DNA of 64,000 nt, taken from assembly GCA_028826165.1 (NCBI GenBank), contig JAPDFW010000022.1:310001-374000 (forward strand), in the 5' to 3' direction. A model generated the notes under the pieces. It was not told where the DNA came from and did no database searches. It was given only the letters and a program-made list of their open reading frames with translations. The position numbers and the translations under genes were made by a program. Of the stretch, positions 12,501 through 26,200 are shown piece by piece. Numbering within the stretch: position 1 is the first letter of the stretch; every line of letters starts with the position of its first letter. The stretch is from Anaeramoeba ignava BMAN (lineage: Eukaryota; Protista; Anaeramoebae).

Positions 12501-13909
12501 AAAATTAATTATAAAAATTATTTATAAAATTAAATATAAAATAAAAATTATTTATAAAATTATTTTAAAAATTATATATAAAATTATATATAAAATTATT
12601 TTATAAAATTAATATAAAATTATTTATAAAATTAGCTATTTATAAAATTATATATAAAATTATTTTATAAAATTAAGATATAAAATTATTAATACATTTA
12701 TTATTAAATTATTTATAAAATTATTTATTAAAATTAAATATAAAATTATTTTATAAAATTATTTATTAAATTAATTATTAAATTAATTATTAAATTAATT
12801 ATTAAATTATTTATTAAATTATTTATAAAATTATTTATAAAATTATTTATAAAATTATATATAAAATTATTTATAAAATTAATTATTTATTTTAAAATTA
12901 AATATAAAATTATTTATAAAATTATTTTAAAAATTATTTATAAAATTATTTAAAAATTATTAATAAAATTATTTATAAAATTATTTATAAAATTAATTAT
13001 TAAATTAAATATAAAATTATTTATAAAATTATTTATAAAATTAAATATAAAATTAAATATAAAATTAAATATTAAATTATTTATAAAATTAAATATAAAA
13101 TTATTTATAAAATCATTTATTAAATTATTTATAAAATTAAATATAAAATTATTTATAAAATTAAATATAAAATTAATTATAAAATTATTTATAAAATCAT
13201 TTATTAAATTATTTATAAAATTAAATATAAAATTATTTATAAAATTAATTATAAAATTAAATATAAAATTAAATATAAAATTAATTATAAAATTATTTAT
13301 AAAATTAAATATAAAATTAAATATAAAATTATTTATAAAATTATTTATTAAAATTATTTATAAAATTAATATAAAATTAATTATAAAATTAAATATAAAA
13401 TTATTTATTAAAATTAATTATAAAATTAATTATAAAATTATTTATAAAATTATTTATAAAATTATTTATAAAATTATTAATTAAATTAATTATAAAATCA
13501 TTTATAAAATTATTTATAAAATTATTAATAAAATTATTTATAAAATTATTAATAAAATTATTTATAAAATCATTTATAAAATTAAATATAAAATTAAATA
13601 TAAAATTATTTATAAAATTATTTATTAAATTATTTATTAAATTAAATATAAAATTATTTATAAAATTATTTATAAAATTATTTATAAAATTATTTATAAA
13701 ATTAATTATAAAATTATTTATAAAATTATTTATAAAATTAATTATAAAATTATTTATAAAATTATTTATAAAATTATTTATAAAATTATTTATAAAATTA
13801 ATTATAAAATTATTTATAAAATTATTATTAAAATTATTTATAAAATTATTTATATAATTTATATTTTTTTTATTTAGCTGAAGATGATGACGACGATGAT
13901 GAGAATTAA
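9530..13909 (+). CDS. 14-3-3 protein; exons 9530-9599, 11152-11452, 11518-11858, 13878-13909
   Basis: [59 protein letters not shown] motifs; GT-AG junctions in frame. Confidence 0.97.
9690..11148. repeat. 12-bp A/T microsatellite (ataaaattattt and variants) filling 14-3-3 intron 1
   Basis: About 120 near-perfect units. Confidence 0.92.
11866..13855. repeat. Same 12-bp microsatellite filling 14-3-3 intron 3
   Basis: About 165 units with the same consensus as intron 1. Confidence 0.92.
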
Positions 13910-14174
13910 ATTTTAAAAATTAAATTCAATTCTAATTTCAATTTGATACTTCTTTCTTTGTTTTTTTTTTTCCTTTTATCTTCTTTCTTCTTCACCTTTT
14001 TTTTCCAATTCGTTTTTTTTCTTTTTTTCATTTTTTCTTTTCATTTTTTCCTTCAATTCCAATTTTTTTTTTGGTTTTTTTGTCATTCAAAGACAATTCC
14101 GAAAAAAATGAAAATAAAGGCGTTTTTTTACATTTTCCAAATTTTTTTATTTAATTTTTTTGGATTTTTTTTAT

Positions 14175-17037
14175 TTAATTTTTTTTTGGATTTTTTTTAA
14201 TATCATTTGGAAAAATAATAATTTCAGGAAAACTTTGAATTAAATCAAAATTCAAATGAAGATTAAAATTTTGATTTGCGATTAAAAGAGTTGATTTAAA
14301 ATTTGAAGTTTTAAACCAATCTCTAAGCCAAAATAAAGAATAAATTTTGAGAGTTTTGCACATTTCAAGTTTTGAAGGATATTTTTTTAGAGATTTGGTT
14401 TTCTTATTTAAATTTGATAAAGAAGAAACGATTTTTCTTTGATCAACAATTTGATTCCAATTTGAATTTTTTTTTTGTAATTGTTTTGACAACTCAAGAA
14501 TATTTGAATTGGAAAGAATATCAAACATTAAACGAGCAAAAAATCTTTGTATTTGTTGAATAATCCATTCATCACTTCCAATAAAACGAATTTCATTTGA
14601 TTTTTTAGATTCTGAAAAAATTTTATTCATGAATTTTTTTTCAATTTTAGAAAGTATTAAATTTTTATTTAATTCTTTGTTTTGTATTTCGAATTCCCAT
14701 TTTCCTTCAGATTCTATATGAACAATACAGTCAGCAGAAAAAGATGGTGAAGAAATGAATAAAGAATTGTTTGATCCAATTAAAAATCCTTTATATTTTT
14801 TTCCTATAAAATCTGGGAATTGTTTCACATCAACAAGAGGAAAAAATGCTAATGAATCATCAATGATTTGAAATGGAAATCCCATTTTTCGAATTAAGAT
14901 TGGAAGATTTAATTTTTGATTTTGATTTTGATTTTGATTTTGATTTTGATTTTGATTTTGATTTTGATTTTGATTTTGATTTAAATTTTGATTTTGATTT
15001 TGATTTTTATTTTGATTTTGATTTTGATTTTGATTTAGATTTTGATTTTTGATTTTGATTTTGATTTTGATTTTGATTTTGATTTAGATTTTGATTTTGA
15101 TTTAAATTTTGATTTTTATTTTGATTTTGATTTTGATTTTGATTTTGATTTTGATTTTGATTTTGATTTTGATTTTGATTTTGATTTTGATTTTGATTTT
15201 GATTTTGATTTTGATTTTGATTTTGATTTTGATTTTGATTTTAATTTTGATTTTGATTTTGATTTTAATTTTGATTTTGATTTTGATTTTGATTTTGATT
15301 TCCATTTTGATTTCCATTTTGATTTTGATTTTGATTTCCATTTTCATTTTGATTTTGATTTTGATTTTGATTTTGATTTTGATTTAAATTTTGATTTTGA
15401 TTTTGATTTTGATTTTGATTTTGATTTTGATTTTGATTTTGATTTAAATTTTGATTTTGATTTTGATATTGATTTTGATTTTGATTTAAATTTTGATTTT
15501 GATTTTGATTTTGATTTTGGTTTTGATTTTGATTCTGTTTCTGTTTCTTTTTTTCTTGTTCTTCTTGAATAATTTTTTGATATTCTTTTGGAAATAAACT
15601 CCTAATAAGATTTGGAAAAAGACTAAATAAAGCAATACAAACTTCACTTATTTCTGTAACTGAATTACCAAAAATAAGTATTTTCTTTTCCAACAAAATT
15701 AATTTAAGTAAAATCAATAATTTTTCTTTAAGATTGAAAATTAATTTTTTGATTGGAAGAGTCATAAATATTTGATGAGAAATACTTCCTGCTTGTATTT
15801 GATTATTTTCTATTTTGTAAGTTTTGTTAAGAATTTCATAAACATAATCAATTATGGATTTGTTTTCGAAATCGTATTGTTCAAACCAAGCATGTGTTAT
15901 AATTTGAAGTCTGGATTGAATTGCTCCAAATAATGGAATTGTTGATAAAACACAAACTGATTTTTGGATCACTCCTCGATCTTGGATTTGATTATCTTTA
16001 TTTTTGATTAACTATTTAAAATATTTCATTTTTTGATTTTGATTTTAATTTTAATTTTAATTTTGATTTTAATTTTGATTTTAATTTTAATTTTAATTTT
16101 AATTTTAATTTTAATTTTAATTTTAATTTTAATTTTAATTTTAATTTTAATTTTAATTTTAATTTTAATTTTAATTTTAATTTTAATTTTAATTTTAATT
16201 TTAATTTTAATTTTAATTTTAATTTTAATTTTAATTTTAATTTTAATTTTTAATTTTAAATTTTTAATTTTTTAATTTTTATTTTTTTTAATTTTTATTT
16301 TAATTTTAATTTTCATTTTGATTTTCATTTTTGATTTTGATTTTAATTTTAATTTTATAATTTGAATTTTAATTTTAATTTTAATAATTTTTGAGTTTTT
16401 TTTTAATTTGAATTTTTAATTTTAATTTTAATTTTAATTTTTAATTTTAATATTAATTTTGATTTTTTTTAATTTTAAATTTTTAATTTTAATTTTAAAA
16501 ATAAAATTTTTAATTTTAATTTTAATTTAATTTTAATTTTAATTTTAATTTTAATTTTTTAATTTTTAATTTTTAATTTTAATTTTAATTTTTTTTTTAA
16601 TTTTAATTTTTAAATTTTAAATTTAATTTTAAATTTTAATTTTAATTTTTTAATTTTAATTTTTTTAATTTTTTTTAATTTTTTTAATTTTTAATTTTTA
16701 ATTTTTAATTTTAATTTTAATTTTAATTTTTTTTTTAATTTTAATTTTAATTTTGAATTTTTAATTTTAATTTTGATTTAAATTTTATTACTTTTGAATC
16801 AATCATTCGAAAACAAGAAATTCCAAATAAATTTTGATTTAAGTTTGGAGAAGGAATTGTAAAATAGACATGATTTGTTTGAGATTCATGAGCACCACTT
16901 GGAAGAGACATTAAACAAATTAACTCTTTCCATGTTTCACTTGTTTTTTTTGGAATCTCTGGACAAGAATATTCAATTTTTCTACCAATTTCTGTATCAA
17001 AATCAATTATAATTACATATAAAATTGGATTTGACAT
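14175..17037 (-). CDS. AVL9: AVL9 (DENN-related late secretory pathway protein); intron 16791-16012; NQ tract with apparent frame disruptions
   Basis: LPSGAHE, FGISCFRMI, QKSVCVLS.IPLFG, ITHAWFEQYDF, LKLILLEKKILIFG motifs; 3' end uncertain. Confidence 0.85.
16030..16790. repeat. Hexamer (ttttaa) microsatellite filling the AVL9 intron
   Basis: Near-perfect run at 16030-16250, degenerate thereafter. Confidence 0.85.
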
Positions 17038-17154
17038 TCACAAACAAACAAATTTATAAATTAATTTTTTTTTTAATTGATTTAAAATTTTTGATAAAAG
17101 TAAACCAAAAGAAAAAATTGATTTTCCCTTTTTTTTGGTTTTTTTTTTAACTTT

Positions 17155-19050
17155 TCGAAATTATTTATAAATTTAATTTTAAAGCAATTTATTAATTTAT
17201 TCTTTATTATTTATTATTTAATTTTTGAATAAAATTTTAATTAAATTATTAAATTAAATTTTTATTATTATTTTTAATTATTTTAATTTAATATTAATTA
17301 ATAAATTATTTATAAATTTAATTTTAAAATGAATTTATTAATTTATTCTTTAATATTTATTATTTAATTTTTGAATAAAATTTTAATTAAATTATTAAAT
17401 TAAATTTTTATTATTATTTTTAATTATTTTAATTTAATATTAATTTATAAATTATTTATAAATTTAATTTTAAAATGATTTATTAATTTATTCTTTATTA
17501 TTTATTATTTAATTTTTAGATAAAATTTTGATTAAATTATTAAATTAGATTTTTATTATTATTTTTTTAATTATTTTTAATTTAATATTAATTTATAAAT
17601 TATTTATAAATTTAATTTTTAAAATGATTTATTAATTTATTCTTTATTATTTATTATTTAATTTTTGAATAAAATTTTTGATTAAATTATTAAATTAAAT
17701 TTTTATTATTATTTTTAATTATTTTAATTTTAATATTAATTTATAAATTATTTATAAATTAAATTTTAAAATAAATTTATTAATTTATTCTTTTTAATAT
17801 TTATTATTTAATATTTGGATAAAATTTTGATTAAATTATTAAATTAAATTTTTATTATTATTTTTAATTATTTTAATTTAATATTATAAATTTATAAATT
17901 AATTATAAATTTAATTTTTAAAACAATTTATTAATTTATTATTTTTATTATTTATTATTTAATTTTTAGATAAAATTTTAATTAAATTATTAAATTAAAT
18001 TTTTATTATTATTTTTAATTATTTTAATTTAATATTAATTAATAAATTATTTTATAAATTAAATTTTAAAACAATTTATTAATTTATTCTTTATTATTTA
18101 TTTAATTTTTAGATAAAATTTTGATTAAATTATTAAATTAAATTTTTATTATTATTTTTAATTATTTTAATTTAATATTAATTAATAAATTATTTATAAA
18201 TTTAATTTTAAAACAATTTATTAATTTATTCTTTATTATTTATTATTTAATTTTTGAATTTTTATTATTATTTTTTGATTAAATTATTAAATTAGATTTT
18301 TATTATTATTTTTAATTATTTTAATTTAATATTAATTAATAAATAAATTATAAATTTAATTTTTAAAAACAATTTATTAATTTATTAATTTTTAATATTT
18401 ATTATTTTAATTTTTAGATAAAATTTTTTTGATTAAATTATTAAATTAAATTTTTATTATTATTTTTAATTATTTTAATTTAATTAATTTATAAATTATT
18501 TATAAATTTAATTTTAAAATGATTTATTAATTTATTATTTATTTATTTTATTTATTATTTAATATTTGGTTAAAATTTTAATTAAATTAAATTAAATTTT
18601 TATTATTATTTTTTAATTATTTTAATTTAATATTAATTAATAAATTATTAAATTATAAATTTAATTTTAAAACAATTTATTAATTTATTCTTTATTATTT
18701 ATTATTTAATATTTGGATAAAATTTTGATTAAATTATTAAATTAAATTTTTATTATTATTTTTAATTATTTTAATTTAATTTAATATTTAATTTATAAAT
18801 TATTTATAAATTTTAATTTTAAATTTAATAATTTAAATTATTTATAAATTTATTTTTATTTATTATTTATTTTTTATTATTTATTATTTAATTTTTGAAT
18901 AAAATTTTAATTAAATTATTAAATTAAATTTTTATTATTATTTTTAATTATTTTAATTTAATATTAATTAATAAATTAATTATAAATTTAATTTTGAAAT
19001 GATTTATTAATTTATTATTTATTATTTTATTTTATTTTTAATTATTTTAA
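17155..19050. repeat. AT-rich tandem satellite, ~145-bp unit, ~13 copies
   Basis: ttatttataaatttaatttt recurs at 17161, 17306 and onward; lies between divergent genes. Confidence 0.9.
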
Positions 19051-19136
19051 ATTAAAAAAAATGACTCATCATTTAATTAATTTTTATTTTAAAAAAATTT
19101 TTTTTTTTTTTCATTTTTCTTTCTTTTAAAAAAAAA

Positions 19137-19973
19137 ATGTTTGGAAAAAAACAAGTAAAAAAAGAACAACCACAAGTAAGTTTTACAAAAGCAACAAACT
19201 CAGTAGTAAAAAACACACTTGAAAAAATGAGCCCACATTGGCAAACATGGTTAACAGGAGGAACAATAGGAGTTTTAAGTGAACTTCCTGGAGTTTTTGT
19301 TGATTCACTTTTCAATTCAAAAACAACTTTATCAGACGCAATAAAAAAATTCAAAGATGGATTGCCAATGACTTTCTCAACAAACGCGTTTCTTTTCTTT
19401 TATTACACAGCAATCAAAACCTACATTTTGAAAAAAACCAACTTATCAAAATTGCCGGATAATCAAAAATGGAAAATTGGAATTTTTGCCGGATTAGGGA
19501 CATGTTTAGCGCAGGCAATAATTTGGGTTCCTGTTGGAAATATCCGAAAGCAAAAAGAAAAAGCAAGAAAAGAAGGGAAATCAAGTTGCACTTTTACAGC
19601 GATCCACGATCTCGGATTTGAAGGTCTTTGCAGCGGTTTTTGTGAAACGATTAACGCTACTTTGCCTTTTTATCTTTCTTTCTTTGCTCTTTCTGAAGGA
19701 ACTGCTCCTTATTTTTCCAAATATCTCGCCAAAAATAAATTCACTCCTCATCAAACTAAAGCCGTTACTTTTGCTTATGGCGCTTTTAATGGTTTTGCTG
19801 CTAAAATGGTCTCAAATCCTACTGAAGCTGCTCGTCAATCTCTTTTTAAAGGCGCTAAGTTTGATCTTTCTGAAGTTTGCAAAAAATCAATTGTTGCTTC
19901 AATATCAACTGGTGTTAGAACTGGCGTTAAGAAATTTACTTTTGCCCCCGTTTTTAAGATGATTAATTTCTAG
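19137..19973 (+). CDS. Divergent mitochondrial carrier family (SLC25)-like protein
   Basis: 278 aa, intronless; Gly/Ala-rich hydrophobic helices followed by degenerate PxD/ExxK/R signatures (VPVGNIRK, NPTEAARQ) and LGFEGLCSG resembling EGxxGLY/FxG. Confidence 0.55.
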   Translation: MFGKKQVKKEQPQVSFTKATNSVVKNTLEKMSPHWQTWLTGGTIGVLSELPGVFVDSLFNSKTTLSDAIKKFKDGLPMTFSTNAFLFFYYTAIKTYILKKTNLSKLPDNQKWKIGIFAGLGTCLAQAIIWVPVGNIRKQKEKARKEGKSSCTFTAIHDLGFEGLCSGFCETINATLPFYLSFFALSEGTAPYFSKYLAKNKFTPHQTKAVTFAYGAFNGFAAKMVSNPTEAARQSLFKGAKFDLSEVCKKSIVASISTGVRTGVKKFTFAPVFKMINF

Positions 19974-20261
19974 ACTTTCTTCCCTTTTCTTCTTTTTCTT
20001 TCCCAGTTTTTTTTTTTCCATTTTTAATTTTTAATTTTTAAATTTAGTTCCACTTTTTTTTTTTTTTTTTTTTAAAAAAAAGATTTAATAAGCAAAATTA
20101 ATTAAATTTCCACAAAATAACCAAATTCAAATTCAAATTCTTTTAAAATTCAAATTTAATTTAAAATGGAAAAAATTTATTTTTTATTTTTCATTTTTTT
20201 TTTCATTTTTTTTTCATTTTCATTTCAAATTTTTTTTTAATAAAAAAAAGAATAAAAAAGA

Positions 20262-23200
20262 ATGTCTGATATTCCTCCTCCAATTATTGATTCAATTGAA
20301 ATTCCTTCAGAAATTCCACCAATTCCAGTTGAAATTGAGTAAAAATAAAAATAAAAATAAAAATAAAAATAAAACGTTTTATTTTTTTTATTTAAAAATT
20401 TCTTTTTTTTCAATATTATTTTTTACAGTAATATTCCAACAGATTTCGATCTTAGTGATTTACCTCCACCAATTCTAACAGATAACATAAGTTTGTGTTT
20501 TTTATTCTATTTATTTTTTATTCTATTTATTTTTTATTTTAATTATTTTTTTTTTATTTATTCAGTTCCAAATTTTAATGAAAACCAAAACCAAAACCAA
20601 AACCAAAATCAAGATAATTCAATCCCTTCTTGGAAACAATCTTGGACACTTGATGATATGAAGAATTTAGTTTTAAACAAGAAATGGACTTTAGCTTCAG
20701 ATGTTATTGTAATTTTTTTGAAATTAAAAAAAAAAATACAAAATTATAAACAAAACCTTTTTTATTCAAATTCAAATTCAAATTCAAATTCAAATTCAAA
20801 TTCAAAAATCATAATAATTTTATTTTTGATTAGCTTTATAATTTTTTACAAGAATTCTCAAATAAAATTATTCAGCATACAAAAGAAACAGAAACTAATG
20901 TAAGTTTTAATTTAAATTTTTATATTAATTTAAATTTTTATAATAATTTTTATTTTTATTTTTATTTTAATTTTTAAAGCTTGAAAATTTAAATGAAGAA
21001 TTAAAAGAATCATCAGGTCTTTTATCTAATACTTTCAATAAATTTTTAATGATGTCTTCAAATCAATTTGTTGAAAATGTAAATTGAAAATTTATTTAAA
21101 ATTGATTTAAAATTGATTTAAAATTTATTTAAAATTTATTTAAAATTTATTCAAAATTTATTTAAAATTTATTTAAAATTTATTTAAAATTTATTTAAAA
21201 TTTATTTAAAATTGATTTAAAATTTATTTAAAATTTATTTAAAATTGATTTAAAATTTATTTAAAATTGATTTAAAATTTATTTAAAATTTATTTAAAAT
21301 TTATTTAAAATTTATTTAAAATTGATTTAAAATTTAAATTTAATTTAAAATTGATTTAAAATTGATTTAAAATTGATTTAAAATTAATTTATTTAAAATT
21401 GATTTAAAATTTATTTAAATTTAAAATTTATTTAAAATTTATTTAAAATTTATTTAAAATTTATTTAAAATTTATTTAAAATTTATTTAAATTTGATTTA
21501 AAATTGATTTAAATTTGATTTAAAATTGATTTAAAATTTATTTAAAATTGATTTAAAATTGATTTAAAATTTATTTAAAAATTGATTTAAAATTGATTTT
21601 AAAATTTATTTAAAATTTATTTAAAATTTATTTAAAATTGATTTATTTAAAATTTATTTAAAAATTTATTGATTTTAAAATTTATTTAAAATTTATTTAA
21701 AATTTATTTAAAATTGATTTAAAATTTATTTAAAATTGATTTAAAATTGATTTAAAATTTATTTAAAATTTATTTAAAATTTATTTAAAATTGATTTAAA
21801 ATTTATTTAAAATTGATTTAAAATTTATTTAAAATTTATTTAAAATTGATTTAAAATTTATTTAAAATTGATTTAAAATTTATTTAAAATTGATTTAAAA
21901 CTTATTTAAAATTGATTTAAAATTGATTTAAAATTTATTTAAAATTGATTTAAAATTTATTCATTTAAAGAGAGTTTATGATGAAGATATTTCAACTCTT
22001 GTAAACCAATCTGAAAATCTTCCTACAGTTCAAGAAAAACAAACAGAAGAACAAAAAAAAGTTGAAATTCAAAAAAAACAAATTGAGGCATTAAATCAAT
22101 CATTTAAAATTTTTGATACAACATTTTTTGCCAATCAAATTAAAACACAACGAGATTACGAAAATCAAATAGAAATATACGAAGAAAAACTAAAAGAAAG
22201 AGAAGAGAAAAAAAAAGCGAAAGAAGAAGAAAAGAGAAAAAAAGAAGAAGAAAAGAAAAAACAAAGTGAATCAAGTGAAACAACTGTAAGCGAAAGTGAC
22301 AGCGAAAAAGAAAAGGAAAAAAAGAAAAAGAAAAAGAAAAAGAAAGAGGGAGAAAAAGAAGATGAATCAGAAGATGAAAAGGAAGAAGAACCTGAAGAAG
22401 AAATCATCCAACCTCAATTTATTCCTGCTGTAAAAAAGGATCGATATTCACAAAGAATTCTTCCACTTTTAATTGGAAGTCCCGAATTTAATCAGGATTT
22501 ATATTGCGGACTCACTCCGCCTCCTAATATTCTTGAACAGAGAAGACTCGAAGAAGAAAAACGTCTTGAAGAACAACGAATTTTGCAAGAAGAAGCCGAA
22601 AAGGAAAAAGAAAAAGAAAAAGAAAAAGAAAAACTCAAAGAAAAATCAAAGGAATCAAAATCTGATGATGAAGATAGTGAAAAATCTGGCATGTTTGAAT
22701 CTTCGGATAGCGAGAAAAAAGGTGGTATTTTTGATGAATCAAAAGAATCTAAATCAAATGAAGATGAAAAATCAAAAGAAGATAAAAAATCAAAATCTGA
22801 ATCTGAATCTGAAACTGGATCATCATATTCAGAATCAGAATCAGAATCAGAATCAGAAACAGATTCAGAATCAAAATCGGAAAGCTCAGAAAATGATAAA
22901 ACAGAATCCGAAAAAGAAGGAGAAGAACCAAAAGATTTCAAATCAACACTTAATAATCTTTGTAACTTGATCTTTTTTGTTTTTCCAAAAAAAATAATCA
23001 TTATTTTTTATATTCATTTTGTTTTTTATATTCAAAAGTAAGCCAAAAACCAGATGAAAAGAAACATAAAAAGAAAAGAACCAAACATAGAAAGAAGAAA
23101 CCAAAGAAAGAAATCCAAAAAGAGAAAAAACCCAAACAAAAACAGTTTAATTTCTTTGATGTAAATTTACAAAAAAAATTCAATTCAAAAAAATTCAATT

Positions 23201-26200
23201 CAAAAAAATTCAAAAAAAAAAAAACAAGGAATCGGAAGACATCTTTAATAACGATGAAGAAGAAAGTCTTTTTGGCACTCCATTAAAACCAAAAATAATT
23301 CCTGGATTAGATAATCAAGTCGAGAAAGAAGAAGAAAAAGAAACAGATTCTGAAAAAGAAGAAAAAATCGAAACCAAGAAAAAAACTCACAAGAAAAGAC
23401 ACAAGAAAAAACACCATCGAAGAAAGAAAGGAAAAGAAGAAAACCAAGAAAAAGAACAAGCAAAAACAGACGACAAAGAAACAAATGAAAAACCAAAAGA
23501 AAAAAAATCAGAAAAAACTGATTTATTTGGATCGGAAAATGAAGATGAACCAAATAAGAAAAAATCAGCACTAACTTTTGGCGAATCAGAAGATGAAAAC
23601 GAAGACAAAGACGGAAACAATCTATTTAATTCAAACACAAGCAACTTATTCCAGTCAAAATTAGCTGAGAATAAAGGTGCTTTATTTGGCAGTGATGATG
23701 AAGAACAAGAAAATCAAGGATTATTTGAATCACCTTCAAAATTGGAACCAAAATCAAAATCCAAAAGTTTATTCGATACTGAAGACACAGAATTATTATT
23801 TGATAGTAAAGAAATTCTTGCAGAACAAAAAAAAGAAAAACAAAACAAAAGCGAAGATGAAGATGAAAATGAAGATGATGAACCCAAAAAACAAGTTGAA
23901 GAACCATTGAAAGGAACAACTCTTGCTCAACGCAAAAGCAAAATTCCCAAAATGGGATTTGGAAACATTTTCGCTCAAGAAGAAGCATTTAAAAATAAAT
24001 CTAACAAAAAAACTAATGATGAAAGTAAAAGTAAATCTCCTTCAATCAAGAAAACTTCCGATCAAAATCTTTTTGGAAATCAAAATGACCAGGAAAAACT
24101 TCTTGGAGATGATTCACAAAAAACAAACGAAAAACCTCCAAATAAACCACAATCAAAATCAAAATCAAAATCAAATAATATGCTATTTGAAGATCAAGAT
24201 ATTGGTAATGATAATGATAATGATAATGATAATGACCCACTTTTTGGTGGCTCAAAAGATGATTCAAATCTTTTCTCATTTTCAAGTAATATAACAAAAG
24301 GAAATTCAAAAAAAGATGATCTATTTGGAGATGGAGAAGGAGAAGAAAATGAAACTAATCCATTATTTAATTCAACTCAAAATGGAAAAAAAGAACCAAA
24401 AAAGCATAAATCAAAATCAAAATCAAAATCAAAATCAAAATCTAAAAAAAATGATCAAAGTAATCCATTATTTGATGAAACTGAAGAAAAGAAAGACGAA
24501 CAAAAAAAAGATGATCTGTTTGATGAACCAGAAGATACTGATCCATTTGGTGCTTTTTCATTATCAAAATCAAAATCTCAAAAGAAAGAAGAATCAAAAC
24601 CAAAAGAAGAAAAAAAATCAAAAACAAATGATATATTTGAAGAATCAGATCCATTTGGATTAAAATCAAAGAAAGAAGATGATATATTTGGAGATTCAAA
24701 AGAAGAAAAAAAACCAAAACAAAATGATATATTTGGAGATTCAAAAATGGAAAGTAATCCATTATTTGATTCAAAAGAAGAAAAAAAATCAAAGAAAGAA
24801 GATGATATTTTTGGAGATTCAAAAGAAGAAAAAAAACCAAAACAAAATGATATATTTGGAGATTCAAAAATGGAAAGTAATCCATTATTTGATTCAAAAG
24901 AAGAAAAAAAATCAAAAACAAATGATATATTTGAAGAATCAGATCCATTTGGATTAAAATCAAAGAAAGAAGATGATATATTTGGAGATTCAAAAGAAGA
25001 AAAAAAACCAAAACAAAATGATATATTTGGAGATTCAAAAATGAAAAGTAATCCATTATTTGATTCAAAAGAAGAAAAAAAATCAAAAACAAATGATATA
25101 TTTGAAGAATCAGATCCATTTGGATTAAAATCAAAGAAAGAAGATGATATTTTTGGAGATTCAAAAATAGAAAAAAAACCAAAACAAAATGATATATTTG
25201 GAGATTCAAAAATGGAAAGTAACCCATTATTTGATTCAAACGAAACTCCAAAAAAAACAAGAAAACACAAACACAAGCATAAATCAAAATCAAAATCAAA
25301 AAAAGATGATCAAAGTAATCCATTATTTGATGAAACTGAGGAAAATAAAAAAGAAAAAACACAAGAGATAACTATCCCAGATTCACAAAATGAACCAGAA
25401 CAAAAACCCAAAGACGATTTATTTGATGACGAAAAAGAAGACTCAACAAATTTCTTCAGAGCATTAGAAAAACCAAAGCAAGAAAACAATTTATTTGGAG
25501 ATGAAAAAGGAGATTCAACAAATCCGTTAGAAATTGTTCCACAACAAAAACCAAAAGATGATCTATTTGGAGATGACAAAAAAAAAGAGGAAATTGAACC
25601 AGCAAAAAAACAACCAACTAAATCACTTTCACAAAATAAATTATTTGATGAAATTGATTCCATTTTTGAATCAAAACCTTCAAAACAAAGCGCCCGAAAA
25701 ACAAAGAAAAAGAAAACAAGAAAAACAAAAAATAAAGTAGAATCAACAACAACAACAACAACATCTCAACAACCAAATTTAACAGAAAATGAATCAACAG
25801 ATTTATTTAATGATAATGATCCACTTTTTGCAGCAACACCAACAAAAAAAGAATCAAAAAATACCTCTTCGAAAAGTTCAAGATCTTCAAAACGTAGTAA
25901 TAAAAAATCAAAAAGTCGCAGAAAAAAAGAAACAACAGATTTATTTGCCAATGAACCCATTGATTCTTTCTTTGAACCAAAAACGAAACCCGAAGAAAAA
26001 ACAAATCCTAATGATATGTTTCTGGAGGATTCATCAATGAAAAAAGAGAATCCAGTTGATGATTTGTTTGCAGAATCCAAAGACGAAAGCAAAAAAATCC
26101 AAAATGAAAATGCGCCTCAAAAAGATAATTTATTTGGAGAATCAACTCCATTAGAACAATCAAAACCAAAAGAAGAACCTAAACCAAAAGAAGAACCAAA

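Noticed and set aside
15241-15267. TAA reassigned to Gln (hexamitid/ciliate-type code)
   Set aside because: TAA is the normal terminator of GPN1, 14-3-3, FAM21 and UTP18, and no in-frame TAA/TAG occurs in conserved domains
19062-19068. TGACTCA AP-1/GCN4-like site upstream of the carrier gene
   Set aside because: A single 7-mer with no recurrence or other support
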